Shown: positions 24,162 through 36,967, numbered from the whole stretch's first letter. The stretch is DNA of 63,227 nucleotides, filler included, from Diploschistes diacapsis (GCA_023645945.1; 18 parts of 18 records of this genome joined end to end with filler, not necessarily neighbours in it), one strand, 5' to 3'. Notes: a model not told the origin generated them from the letters alone. Made by a program: numbers and translations.

Positions 24162-24879
24162 CTTTAAGTTAATTGTAATATTTGTTTTATATTTAATAAT
24201 TGATTTTTATAATTATTTTGCTCGACATCTTATTAATCGACGTTTACGACAAGAATGCCAAGCGGATTCTATTAGCTTTTGCAATGTATTGGGATTTCTG
24301 GGTCTATAATGTCGTGGTACTTTCTATAACGTATTTCACAAGTCATCCGTGGAAGGCCAAGCGAGGAGCATGCCAAGAGTCGGACAAGCGGCGCTCAGGG
24401 TCTTAGCTTGCTGGTACTTGAAAAAGGATTTTGTCCTTCTTATTCTTTCTTCTTCTTTAGTAATTAGTTCTAGCATAAATCTGCCCTGCGTATAATTATC
24501 TTATTACATTATCGTATTTTATTCTTTATAATTTTAGAAATTTTTTTTTAAAAACGACGATCCGATAAGATAGCACGTTCTTCGCAACGTACACGCAAAA
24601 TAAACCCACGCAATTAAATTAAATTAATATAAAAACAGAAGGAAAAAAAGTGAACGATCTAGAATTATTTNNNNNNNNNNNNNNNNNNNNNNNNNNNNNN
24701 NNNNNNNNNNNNNNTTAATTAATTAANNNNNNNNNNNNNNNNNNNNNNNNNNNNNNNNNNNNNNNNNNNNGATTAATTCCATATATTTATAAGCTATAAT
24801 ATGCCGACATTAATATCATTATTTATTACATTCATCGCTACATTCTCGGTTATTTTTTTATAAACACGGATATTACATC

Positions 24880-25357
24880 ATCGTAATATATTCACAAATA
24901 CGGATATCGTAATTAAATATCTTTCGGCACGAACACTAATACGGATACTATATCGTAATGCATTCACGGATATGGATACCGCAACCAAAATTTTTTCGGC
25001 ACGGACACTGACACGGACATTACATTGCAGTAAAAACACGGACACGGATACCGTAATAAAAATTTTTTTAGCACGAATACTAACACGGATATTATATTAT
25101 AATGAAAACACGGATACGGATATCGCAATAAAAAATTTTTTAGCACGGACATTGACACGGACATTACATTATAGTGAAAACACGGACACGGACACTGTAA
25201 TTAAAAATTTTAAAACATTAATACTAACACGGACACTACACTTCCGTGAATCCACGGATACGGACACCGCAGCTAAAAAATCTAAAACACGGACATTGAC
25301 ACTATCAGTGTCCGTGTCACTGACACGGCCGTGTCAGTGTCAGTGACGGCCAGCCTA
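24880..25357. mobile_element. Family A element, one end plus internal tandem array
   Basis: ACACGGACAC repeat array ending GTGTCAGTGACGGCCAGCCTA. Confidence 0.75.
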
Positions 25358-26695
25358 ATATAAATACTAAATAACTTAAAAAAACGCATACATAAAATTA
25401 TATAAAACTTAATTTAGCGTATATATAGATTAATTATCAGCCCTACGAGGTTTGTATAGACGGGGTGGGGAGTAGGTGGTGCTCCCGAATCGCCCTGGTG
25501 TCGCTTTGTTAGGCTATGTTGTCCGATTTTATTATAACTTTTTCTTAGAGTTACTTATCCGTTGGCCAGTTTTCTGTAAAGTTAAACGTAATTGCGTTAA
25601 ATTGTAGAGTGATTGCGGCGAGAATATCCTTCCTATAGACCGTGTTCTTGCTTCTGCAATCTCAAACGAAATGGCTAATCTTATTACATTCAAAGCATTT
25701 CTTTCTTTTAGCTGAAGGTCCCCCGTTGGGTCCTTTAGTTCCTTTCTTTTAATTGGGCCGGGTTTTGTCGTTTAAGATATCGAGGTTTATAACGTCGTTG
25801 TTTATATATCTTATATTTTATATGTTTTTTACGTAATTAGTACGGTAATAAAATTCTAATTTAGTAATTTTGTTTCGATTAAAGCGACGTTCTTATTTTT
25901 AATTAAATAATCGATCGTTTATAATTATTATTTTAATTTAAAGGATCGATAAATTCCGAAGCTGATTTTAATTACGTATGAATTCTTTTTTAACTAAATT
26001 TTTAAATTATTTTTTATATATTTACATAAAGATTTACTTATTTTATTTAATTNNNNNNNNNNNNNNNNNNNNNNNNNNNNNNNNNNNNNNNNNNNNTTAA
26101 TTAATTAANNNNNNNNNNNNNNNNNNNNNNNNNNNNNNNNNNNNNNNNNNNNGGGTTAATATTATTTCGTTTTAGAAAACGTATCTTTATTTCGTTCTTT
26201 TAAATATAACACGAATGTTTATTTCGATAATTTATATAGATCTTTCGATAATATTGTTTTGATTTAACGTATATAATACTATCGATTCTATCTAAATTCC
26301 TAAACTTTTCCCTTAATTCTCGATTATAAAAATTAATTTAGATATATTATCGAAACGTATCGCTTTTAATTATTTATCGTTTTAAAGTTCTATATTTATT
26401 TTCTAGAATTATAGAATACGAAAAACATCTTTCCGAGTTTTATAAGAAATAAATCAGATTTTTCGCGAGTAATTATCGATAATTTCTATAAAATACTAGT
26501 TGTTATTAAGTAACCTTAGAAAGGGTCTATAGATATCGATGTTTATTAAATCTAAAATACTTTATTTATATTTAATTAAAGTACGGCCAATCTATTACTT
26601 AATTTTTATTAATTAATATATTTTACACGTATAAAGTACGATACGGATAAGATTAATAAAAATTATAACTTCATATAGATTTTAGAACTTCTTAA

Positions 26696-27434
26696 TGTTA
26701 CGATCCAAGTACCAGACTTGGCACGTCCCAGCTTTGTATATAGATCAGTCACGGGACCAGGGGTCACGTGATGCGCTCACTGCTCGCGTTTATCCTCGTG
26801 AGCGGCGAGCAAGCTTTCGTTACCGTTCGACGGTCGCGCTTATTTTTATAAGCGGCGAGCCTCGAGGGCACCGCTCGCTAAATTTATAATAAACGACGAG
26901 CGAGTTAATTATATATAAACACGATTTTATTTTCGTAGAAAAAGACGTGTTCATTTTTATAGATATCTTAAAGTATTATTCGGGATCAATTTATATTCGT
27001 TATTTCTATTATTTTAGAACCTTCTTTTTAGAAACAGTCTAAGATTTATAATTATTCTATCTTTTTTTCCTACCACATTCCTTTTTTAACAGAGATTAAA
27101 TCTATCTTAATTTTACTCGTGTATATCTTATATAGATAAAGATTATAATATTTAAATATTTTTAAGAATAAGTGTTATTAACAGTACAACCGGGCGATCT
27201 CTATTGATGGCTAGATCCGCAACATTTCGCGCACCTAGGGCAATAACGCCACCAGATAAAACCCATGTTCGTATAGAAGACACAACGGAAGCTAGAAGCG
27301 ATAATTTCGGAAGTAATAATAAATTTAACGAAAATAAATCGTATAAAGAACTTATTATAAAAGCTGTAAAGCTAATAACGTTCCACGGAGATCGAAAGAA
27401 ATTAAAATACTGGATACTTTAATTTTTAATGTAT
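26696..27434 (+). mobile_element. 5' LTR (26696-27150) plus gag start, gypsy-like family C
   Basis: Same LTR termini as 22489. Gag-like KLITFHGDRKKLKYWIL. Inserted in a copia-like relic. Confidence 0.75.
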
Positions 27435-27534
27435 NNNNNNNNNNNNNNNNNNNNNNNNNNNNNNNNNNNNNNNNNNNNTTAATTAATTAANNNNNNNNNN
27501 NNNNNNNNNNNNNNNNNNNNNNNNNNNNNNNNNN

Positions 27535-27919
27535 GATCTAAACCCTATCGAGCATCTATAGCCTACGCTTAAAGAGGGGGTTTTAAAACTTTATCCAAAA
27601 CTTAAAACTATACGCGGGGGTAAGGAGAAGAAGATAGAAGCTTTAAAAGCAATAATTCGAGACGTTTTTAAAATATTTTTAAGAGATAAAGAATAAAATT
27701 TATTTATTAAATTAGTATATTCTATACCGAAGCGAATAGAGGCTTATATCGACGCGTAAGGATGGCAAACTAAATATTAATATAATCTACTATTTAAGAG
27801 CTTTAAAATGATTTACTTTGCGTATTTATTGAAGCTTTATTAAGTGCGCAATGGCTTAATAAAGTTGGTAGGTGGTATTTGTTTATTTGATACCTAACTA
27901 CTTTTGGCACGTGACTGTA
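27535..27919 (+). mobile_element. 3' end of a RIP-mutated Tc1/mariner (DD34E-type) transposon
   Basis: DLNPIEHL* at 27535 and SIPKRIEAYIDA*GWQTKY* near 27720-27780. The TIR ends TTTTGGCACGTGACTG-TA, i.e. TA-CAGT on the reverse strand. Confidence 0.8.
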
Positions 27920-28000
27920 GATACTGCAAAAGGGAATTTTTGAGGTCCGACGGTGGAGTTAAGAAAGCTGATTGGACTATATATAAATCATGTATTCGAA

Positions 28001-28270
28001 GAAGGTCGTGGGTTCGATGCCCACTGCTGCCACCACCCGACTACTCTTCAACTTCAGCCTTAGCATCCTAATCTACTACTCTCGGCGCTACGGAACGGCA
28101 CTTCTACATCAACGATAATACATCATCGACTTAGGGTGTCTTCAATAATGTGTCGCAATACGGGAAGATATTGTAGCCATTTGAAGTGTCATTTAGAACC
28201 AATACTTGTATATAGGCTGGTTTCTTCCGGAGTGGGAGTTTTACAGCCAAAGAATACTAGAGTAAATAAG
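28001..28270 (+). mobile_element. tRNA-derived SINE-like element, copy C (5'-degenerate)
   Basis: GAAGGTCGTGGGTTCGATGCCCACTGCTGCCACCACCC head and GGCTGGTTTCTTCC...GGGAGTTTTACAGCCAAA tail. Confidence 0.55.
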
Positions 28271-28452
28271 CTCCGGCTGACAAATGCAATTATTCATTAT
28301 AAATCATGGCATCCGAAGCATTTCTGAGCCATCCTGTACATACACGCAGCCTTCATTCTCCTCAGCTTGGCCTATATTGTTTGGCCAAAATATCACATCA
28401 AACCTTCAATCTCTTCGAGCACTGACCTGCCGCAAGAGCCTCTCATACCAAA

Positions 28453-29235
28453 ATGGCAGAGCCAAAGAAGTACACCGACCGCCTCGCCAACCAACGAGTC
28501 TTGATCTTCGGCGGAACCTCTGGTCTGGGGTACGGCCTAGCCGAAGCCCTCGTTGAGCACGGCTGCGAAGTGATAATCTCCTCATCGTCCGAGCAAAAGG
28601 TCAAGGACCGCGTCGACAAGCTGCAGTCAACCTATCCCTCTTCCAAGGGACGCGTCCGCGGCTATGCCTGCAATCTCTCCGGATCCGACGCGCCTCAGCA
28701 GGTCGCAACCGTTTTCTCCGAGGTCGGCACTCTCGATCACGTGGTACACACCGCCGGCGATCCGCTACGGCCCAAGAAGATTGGGGATTGGAACCTGCAG
28801 GAGATGCAGCAGGCGGGCATGGTGCGCTTCTTTGGGCCTATGCTCATCGCGCAGCATTTGAGCAAGCACCTCAAGGGCGGTCCGGCCAGTAGCTTCACCA
28901 TCACCAGCGGGTACGTTGGAGAGAAGCCTAGTCCGAACTGGTCTATCATCAACGCGTACGCAACCGGTGCGTTTGGATTGACCCGCGGTCTGGCCTTGGA
29001 TTTGGCACCGATTCGTGTGAACTGCATCGCGCCTGGCGCCGTCGAGACAGAGTTCTGGAATTCAATGAAAGAGTCTGGACACTATGAACAGACTGCAGGG
29101 ATTTTGGTAGAGAAGTCTACCACCAAACAGTTTGGAAAGGTTGAGGATGTCGTTGAGGGATATCTATATCTCCTAAAGGACAAGAATGTTACCGGCATGA
29201 CTATTTCATCCAACAGCGGAAGCCATCTAGTGTAG
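28453..29235 (+). CDS. Short-chain dehydrogenase/reductase (atypical SDR, 260 aa)
   Basis: Intronless ORF with VLIFGGTSGLG Rossmann motif, LDHVVHTAGD and TRGLALDLAPIRVNCIAPGAVETE. The catalytic YxxxK is not canonical. Confidence 0.93.
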   Translation: MAEPKKYTDRLANQRVLIFGGTSGLGYGLAEALVEHGCEVIISSSSEQKVKDRVDKLQSTYPSSKGRVRGYACNLSGSDAPQQVATVFSEVGTLDHVVHTAGDPLRPKKIGDWNLQEMQQAGMVRFFGPMLIAQHLSKHLKGGPASSFTITSGYVGEKPSPNWSIINAYATGAFGLTRGLALDLAPIRVNCIAPGAVETEFWNSMKESGHYEQTAGILVEKSTTKQFGKVEDVVEGYLYLLKDKNVTGMTISSNSGSHLV

Positions 29236-29648
29236 CTGCGTGTATGGGTTAGACTCTGTAGTAGCGTTGAATATACAGAACACAATCGAAGACTCTGGTC
29301 AAGGCACAATCTTGAGGACTCATTGCTGTTTGAAATAGAGACGCGACACAATAGCCACGATTCGAACAATGTACGAAGAAAAGTTAGTTAATATGAGCCT
29401 TCTTCTGACACGGTGAAGCAACCCCGAGGGAAAAGAAAAAAAAGGCCTGTTAATACGTGGCCCAACATCTGCTTGACTGCGGGCCTGCCAATGACCATTC
29501 TCTCGCACATCAGGCATCCTAGTAATGGTGCAATCGTGGTCCTCGAGCACCTACCTATAATTTCTTCCTCAGCGCGAGATGTTAATTTCTGAAAGGTCCG
29601 CCCGAGTTGCTGCAAAGCCTAGACTTTTTATTGCTGCTTGCTAATACG

Positions 29649-31635
29649 ATGGCAGAAAAAGGACTCAACGCAATACAAGAACGCACATCCGACGATACCA
29701 GGGAAAGTCTACCTTTACCGGAGCCCAGGCATGATGTTGTGGCTCCGGATGCAGACAATCTGTTGCAGCCCGGAGAGCTTTCATACGTCGGGGTCACAGC
29801 CGGAGGCCTGGGGAGGCATCTGGGATTGTTTTCGACAACGTTGTTGATGTGAGTACTCTTAACCGTATGCATTTGTTAGAACTGTGTGGCACTATCTACC
29901 ACAATCCCAGCTGTGCTGAAATTCATGTCAGAATTGGCCGGATCATTGGCGTCGGCATCTTCACAACCCCATCCAGCATCACAAACAGTGTCGGCTCCGT
30001 CGGAGCAGCCCTCTTACTATGGGTGCTCGGTCTCCTCTTATCCTATTGCGGCCTCTTTGTGTGGTTGGGGTTCGGATGCATGTTTCCTCGGAGTGGTGGC
30101 GAAAAGGTCTACCTCGAGGCCGTGTATAAGCATCCAAAGTTCCTGGCTACTGTGGTGTTCGCATTTAATGCCATATTTCTCGGTTTCACCGGTATGTGCT
30201 GCGCGACGGAACATTGATATTTTCAATTCTTTATTACCTGCGTCGTTGTTCCCAAAGTGAGATAGCGGGCTAATTCGTTACGATAGCAAGTGGTTGCATC
30301 GTCTTCAGCTCCAACATAGTACTCGCTGCCAACAAAGTCGCAACCGAATGGGAGGAGCGCGGGATAGCCATTGCTCTCCTTACTTTTATTACCCTACTAC
30401 ACACATTCGTACCTAGCTGGGGCGTAAGGCTACAGAACCTTCTGGGCTCGCTCAAAGTTATAATTCTAATCTTCATTGTTGTGACCGGATAGTAGTAGAC
30501 TATTCAGCGGGAAGGTTTCAAGCGTACCAGATCCGCATGCAAGCTTTCGAGATTCGTTTGCCGACTCACCGACTTCGAGCTACGAATATTCGGTGGCCTT
30601 ATTCAAGGTTATTAACTCATACACGGGGTATGGTTGCTTAAACCGAAACTTGAAAAGCTTTGGTGGCCGATGCTGAACCTGCGATAGATGGTCTAACGCG
30701 GCTTATGTCCTCAATGAAGTACGCAAGCCTGTGCATACTATTAAAGTTGCTGCACCTCTTGGCTTGACCCTGTGTGGAGTCTTGTATATCCTTGCCAACG
30801 TCGCTTATTTCGCAGTCGCGACGCCAATAGAGATCAAAAAGAGCAGCAACACTGTTGCTTCATATTTCGCAGGCGCTGTTTTCGGTGAAGCAGCACAGAA
30901 AGCGATAAGGTAGTACATTCCGTGCATCAAACGAAGTTCCACTGACCACTGGAGGACAGCGTATTCGTCGGACTCAGCGCCTTCGGAAATGTAATGACAG
31001 TCACTTTCACTCAATCGCGCATAAATCAAGAGTTAGCCAAAGAAGGCCTCATACCTCTCCCTCGTTTTTGGGCTTCGACTTGGCCCTCCGGTGCGCCGTC
31101 TGCTGGGCTTCTCCTGCACTGGATACCCAGTTTCATCGTACTTGGTACCGACCAAACGGTATGGCTACATGTTTCATTGGAATCCACAGTGCTGCGCTAC
31201 TGACAAAGAGACTTAGGTGATGCCTATAATTTCATTCTCGACGTCGAAGGCTACCCAGCCGCCATAATCAACCTTATGGTCGTGATCGGCCTCTTTGTGC
31301 TTCGTCGGCAAGCTCCCGATGTTCCGCGGCCTTTCCGAATATGGTTGCCACTTGCTCTCTTCTTCATGGCTGGACAAGCCTTCCTCATCGTCGCGCCCTT
31401 CCTATACCCGCTAGGCGGAAAAGGAGACACTAGCCTTCCCTACTGGCTTTCATTGGTTATTGGGATGGTCGTTCTTGTCGCAGGTGTAATATACTGGTTC
31501 ATATGGTGGGTGTTGCTGCCAAGGATAGGCAAATTCGAGTATGTCGAGCGCAAGACGAAGTTGAATGACGGGACCGTGATGGTGCAGTTTCATAAAGAGC
31601 AGATCAGATACACGCATGGCGTCCATGGATTCTAA
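29649..31635 (+). pseudogene. MUP1-like (APC/LAT family) amino-acid permease, probably disrupted
   Basis: RHLGLFSTTLL, GRIIGVGIFTTPSSI, FPRSGGEKVYLE, SRINQELAKEG and GDAYNFILDVEGYP motifs across several exons. Three in-frame TAG codons plus a frameshift occur at 30490-30499, in the middle of an exon. Confidence 0.75.
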
Positions 31636-33249
31636 ATTCCAGCGTCCGTGATTGGACAGAAAGTCAACTGCTACAGGCCTATTATTCCTGAATCTATATC
31701 TGTGAGCCCCCTGGAAAGACGCGAAGCGCAGTGATATCGTGAATCATCAGCAGCGGACCAGATATCAACCCGCAAAAGGTCTTTTAGAACAGTGTCCCAC
31801 ATTCTGCAAACATTTTGGCGCCCATAACTAGGCAGATGAAGCTTCCAACCACCAAAGGCTAGTACGATCCGAACGTGGAGAGGAACACTGATTCTGTAGC
31901 GACTTCCGGGGCTGCTGTCTCGTTCGATTCTCAAATCTTGGACACCGCGGTATGGGGTGCATCTTCGAGCCTCCGGCCCCTACTTGATAAGCGGCAGGCT
32001 CCTGCTGTGTTGACCGAGCCAGACTCTTTGATTCCATCCCGTGAGCAATTATCTTTTTACGAACCTTAATGACTCCCCTAGCCTATGGTCGCCAGCAGAG
32101 GCTTTCACCCTACCGCACAAGCATCGAAAACCCCCTTGAGTTCTCTTGCCTTGTCGGCATGTTCACTCGAAGTCGTTACAAGTACAGTCGTTCTACACAA
32201 TGGCGTCGTTGTCCTTAGCCACAGAACAGTATGTGAAGCACGAACTTTGTTAATGGTGTGAGTGCATCTCGTGAGATCTGTAGAAGGAATGACTGTATGA
32301 GTGGGCATAAAAGGGAGCGACGGGAACCTTCAGTCCCGTACAACTGCACCGGCATTCAAATCTCTTTGGAGCCTTATCTCAAGTCATCCACTCCTATTAC
32401 TCAAATCTATCGCGGACGTCCCGGTGCCAACATCTACCAAGAGACGCTGCCCTCACATCAACTCCAATACAAAGGAACTAGCGATCGTGATTCGGTACGA
32501 AGCAACCTTATAGTGCTTCTAGGATGTGCTGATGCAGGTAGTCATAGAGACCGATCGTGTCGCTCAGGAGGTATGAAAATCGTTGTGTTCCATCGTATGG
32601 CTATTTCAGAAGAGCGCCCAGAGAAGTGGAAGATGCCCAACACGAAGTTAAAAAGGCCCAAGGTAAAAATGAGGTCAACATGCACGTACAACTAACTTGA
32701 TACCGACTCTGAAACATGCAAGGAGTGGAGTGAAGCGATCGGAAAGGGACAGCAAGTTCGATCCCGTCTTGACTATTGCTACTGGAACGATGTGGTTCTT
32801 ACAGCTTTGTATGGATGTCGGTGCGAATCGAGCATGGGCAAGGTGGAAGATATGATGGAGCCCTATATTGTGATCTCATTTGGGAGATGCCTGCAAGCTG
32901 ACATGGAAAGGAAGAGACCCTTGCCAGATGAAGGTGTCATGCTGACTTCGGACAGACTCGGAATAGGAGGAGCAGGAGGAAGACGGACGGACTCTATTGC
33001 TACGGGTCTCAAAGATATGAGAAAGGGTGGCAAGTTGACTCGAATAGGATACGTTGATTTACGAGCCTCTGAAATCAATCGCGACAGTACATGTGCCCTC
33101 CACTTCTCTGCACCCCTTTCTTCCTTTCTTTTACCATCACCCTCATTATTTCTTCTTCCCAACTCTCACTTGTTTCCTATCCTCAAACAATCCCTCTTTG
33201 ACATACAGGCTTCTGTTTCTAGAGCTATTCGATTGAACAGCTCCCAGCC

Positions 33250-34260
33250 ATGCAGGGCCTCGTTCACCTGATGGAGATGATCTCGATCATCTTCATCGTA
33301 TTCACCATTATCGGCCTGCAACCCTCGGTAAGTCTTGGCTTCCACATACTGGTTCACTAACTGACTCAGTAACATCAAGGCTCTAGCTGGTCCTTTGGGT
33401 GCCCGTGTCAACGCCCTCGCCCGCAAAACTGTCTCGGATGTAGTTGCCGCCAACGGTGTCTCCTACGGCGTTGACCCCAAAGACCTTCCTGTCGTCAAGG
33501 CTACCTGGCACATCCCAACCTTCCCTGGAAGTAATCAGGTCGCCCTTGGCGAAACTTTGAAGGTTTATTGAAATTTGCCTACCCTCAACAAGTGTCTATT
33601 CTCACGGAATGTAGGAGGCAATGGAGCAGGCCAAGACCACCAACCCCGACTTCGAGGCCGACTTTAGCTTGAACGGAACGAGCATCGCTCAACCTGTCAG
33701 GCTTCTGGGCGCGCGTAACCAGGTGATTTGCAGGGTACTCAAAGCTGAACAAGCGTTACCGACTAACCGGCCTTGATAGGAAACACCCCAATGCAACATC
33801 GGCGGCGGTATTGCTCCGTCGGTTGAACTTGGCTTTATGACCACTCGTTTGTCTCAGTTTGGCGGAGCGTGGGTCACCGTAGACGCAAATAGCTGTATTT
33901 GTCTACAGTGCAATGGTCCAGCTCAGGCGAAGCTCTGCAATTATGTGAGCCCTAGTTTTCCAGACAGCCATTCCTCCTTCAAACTACATCAGACTCAGAA
34001 AACTAACCCTGTAACTTGTAGCAAACCGTTCCCATTCAACCTGCCTGCGCTTACTTGAGTACCTACATCACCAACGTCGCAAACGCCTGCACAGTTGACC
34101 TTCCCGTGGTCGGAGCAAATGGGCAACAGGCCGGTGAGTTTTCTTCTTAAACCTGACTGATCCTCATAGGCTCAAGCTTACGGTCTCCCCAGACACTGAC
34201 AACTACGCCGTCATCGTTCAAGCTACCGACGCAACATGCTCGGCCTACTGCTCGGCATAG
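33250..34260 (+). CDS. Secreted cysteine-rich protein with pro-region, six exons
   Basis: Spliced reading: signal peptide; ATWHIPTFPG...LGETLK; EAMEQAKTTNPDF...LGAR; QCNIG...CICLQC...LCNY; PACAYLS...NAC; DNYAVIV...CSAYCSA*. All introns are GT-AG with branch-like sites. The start could also be 33271. Confidence 0.75.
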
Positions 34261-36967
34261 TCCGCGTCGATGAAACCGATGTATTTGGTAGCGCCTTGAG
34301 CTTTTTGAGCTTTGGGTGGATACACCAGTATGAAAGGACGGCTGAGAGCGCTCTGAGTAGCTGAATTGAATGAGGAGCATCAAAGCCAACGTGCCCAGAA
34401 CATTAGCTTCCTTGTGTGATTGCCCTACTTTCCTACAGTATCCTCCGAAGAACAAGTTGCTTTGAGGTCCCGCCCAGATATTTCGTTTCCATGAAATACT
34501 CCCTGGGCTAGACTCCTAGCCGCAATCCCTCATCTACATTCCCCTTGCCCACCTATCTAGAGACCGTTTCCGATGGAACTTCCTTCCTGCATCGCTTCGT
34601 CCCCCTAGCCCAGCTCGTACCCTATTCCTCCTCTTCCCCCCTCGTTCCTCCAGCACAACTACAAAATCGTTCAACGACAAAGTCGGCTATATGCCAGCCG
34701 CACAACCCACGCCGTTAGCTCGACATCAATATCCAACCCTCCTCCCTCACAGGAGAGAGCACACGAGCTCAACCTTCCCGTGACTTCTGCCCGGGCTCGC
34801 TTTTTTTTTTGGCTTCCGAGATTTTCTGCCCTTTTTTTTTCGCTTTTCCAGACCGCATCTCTTTTTTTTTTCTCTATTTTTTTAAAACGCACGGCTTTTA
34901 AAGAAAGAAAGGATGGATGGATGGCAGGCACAAGTGGGTTGTGCTGTCGCAGTGGAAGCCCGATGTCGAAGAGAGTTGGAATGGGAGCGTTGGGATGTTG
35001 CTGGAAGATCTTCCGGGATCTGGAAAGGGGAGGGGGGGGGGGAGGCAGGAGTGGAAGCGAGTGCAAGAGAGAGGAGCGCGAGAAGTGTTAAGCGGAGGGG
35101 CGGAGTGGAGAGAAGAGACATCTTCTTGAGGTTAAAGGAAAATGATTGATGGAAGGGCGTAGAGTTGCCTAAAGCGGTAATACAGCAGCAGCAGCAGCAG
35201 CGAGAAAAATTAGGGGTTATTCTTGGCATTTGCTCAGTTCTGACTTGCTGCCGGCAATATCAACTGGTACAGGTAGCTATGCAACTGACACTGATCTCGG
35301 CTCAGGAATGTAAAAAGTATCTGAGCATTTCTCACTCCTAGCATAGCTTCAAGTCCCAACGTATGAAGCTTCACTCGGCTGACGACCGGAACTTTTTACG
35401 CGAGGCGTCTATGGTGCTATGGTGATCATGAGGAGCTCTCTAGCAAGTTGTACCTCCATCGGGAGCTCTAGACACTTTGTTAGTCCGCTGTAGGATTCCA
35501 GGCTGAGAGCGGCTACACATAGAAAGCATCGAGAAAGGATCAAGAGTGGTAGTAGGGGGCTTGTGCCCGTACATCTACGCAGGATTTGTAGGAATAGTAC
35601 GTCTGAAAAAGAGGCCATTGCTTTCAAATGCCGAAGTCACGTTGTGTCAGAAAGCCGGCGTTAGTTCCGCTGCCGGATTGGGTAATTGGCGGATTGAGCC
35701 TTGACCCGTACGTTTCTTTAGCGGAATATAGTTAGTCCCCTGAGAACCGGAGGTCTGCTAACTAGGTGAGGTCATATTGGCATAGTATTGCGTGTAGTCG
35801 AGGATGCCGTAAGTGACCGGATCCACTGTGTAGGCCCTGAAAAGAGGGGATTGCCAGAAGTCGGTGTCAGGGACGGTGCAATGTAAGAGACCGTGTCCGC
35901 ATTACCAGCCGATGGGTTCGTGTAGTTGGTGTAGGCAATCTCGAATTGATCAATATGGGAATGCTGTGGATAGTGAGCCAGATTCGTCATACGCATCAAA
36001 AAATTGCCCCATGGAACGTAGCGGTAATTGTCGCTTCGTATCGCTAGATCACTTGGTCATAGCATTCAGACGCATCGTGGAAGAAATCAGGATTCCCCAG
36101 AGGATGTGAGAAAAGATCCACACACGCTGGCCAACGTTTTCCGTGGCCTGTGGTTGACCGACTAGCCACGCAAGCACTCCAGATGGATCGTGTTCCTTGA
36201 ATTTCCTATATAACCAGAAGTTTCTATACATACCAGAAATTTTGCGTTCAATGAGATGAGCTTTAGCGTCGTATTGCCGTACAGGACAGAGTAGGAACCT
36301 GAGTTCTGCTCAGTTGATGCAGCAGCTGCTGAGCTAATCGCTTGACGTATAAGGACAGTGGCAGATTGGTTTTGTACAATTATAGTTTGCACCGATCTTG
36401 TAGTTGTGGTCTACATGGATGTCACTTAGATGGACAATTCGGATTGGAGACTGGCCGCTTGGGGCTGGACGGGTGGTATTCGATTTAGACTTCAAGGAAA
36501 AGACGGTATAGGGCTCAACGGAGCGCCAAGAGCAAATGCTAGTTAATGTCGCACAGAAGTTTTGAGCGGTTCATGAAGGAATCTCCATATTTCTAAGATC
36601 ATATACCATGATGGGACCCTCGAGGCGATAGAGCCGGCGCAAACATCGCTGTCCTCAGCGGAGCTTGTAATTGGTTCAAGCAACGTCCGCTTAGGGTTCT
36701 CCAGACACAACAGGTCACAAATGGCTGTAAGAGTGTCAACAAACCTCTGGTCTCCCAAGCTCTGCCAGATCCTTCAGAACGAAGAGTGAATCCTCGAAAA
36801 GGTTAACAAGAAATTCTCGTTGACATGGGCAGCAGTCGGTTACTGTGTAGATGTGATATAAAGCGCCAGTTTAGTACGGCTAGAACTTTGCCTTGAGAGG
36901 CTTGGCTGATGTGGCTGCTGTGGCTGATGTGGCTGCTGCCACTATAGACTACCTAGTACATGAACAT

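Noticed and set aside
24880..25357. ACACGGACAC arrays as a CRISPR-like array, or as repeat-protein ORFs (24972-25346, 60670-61143)
   Set aside because: The context is eukaryotic, the spacers are themselves repeats, there are no cas genes, and the arrays are bounded by TIRs. The ORFs are by-products of the repeat.
35700..36800. Possible minus-strand gene remnants upstream of SIS1
   Set aside because: The short ORFs could not be joined into a credible model and no domain was recognised.
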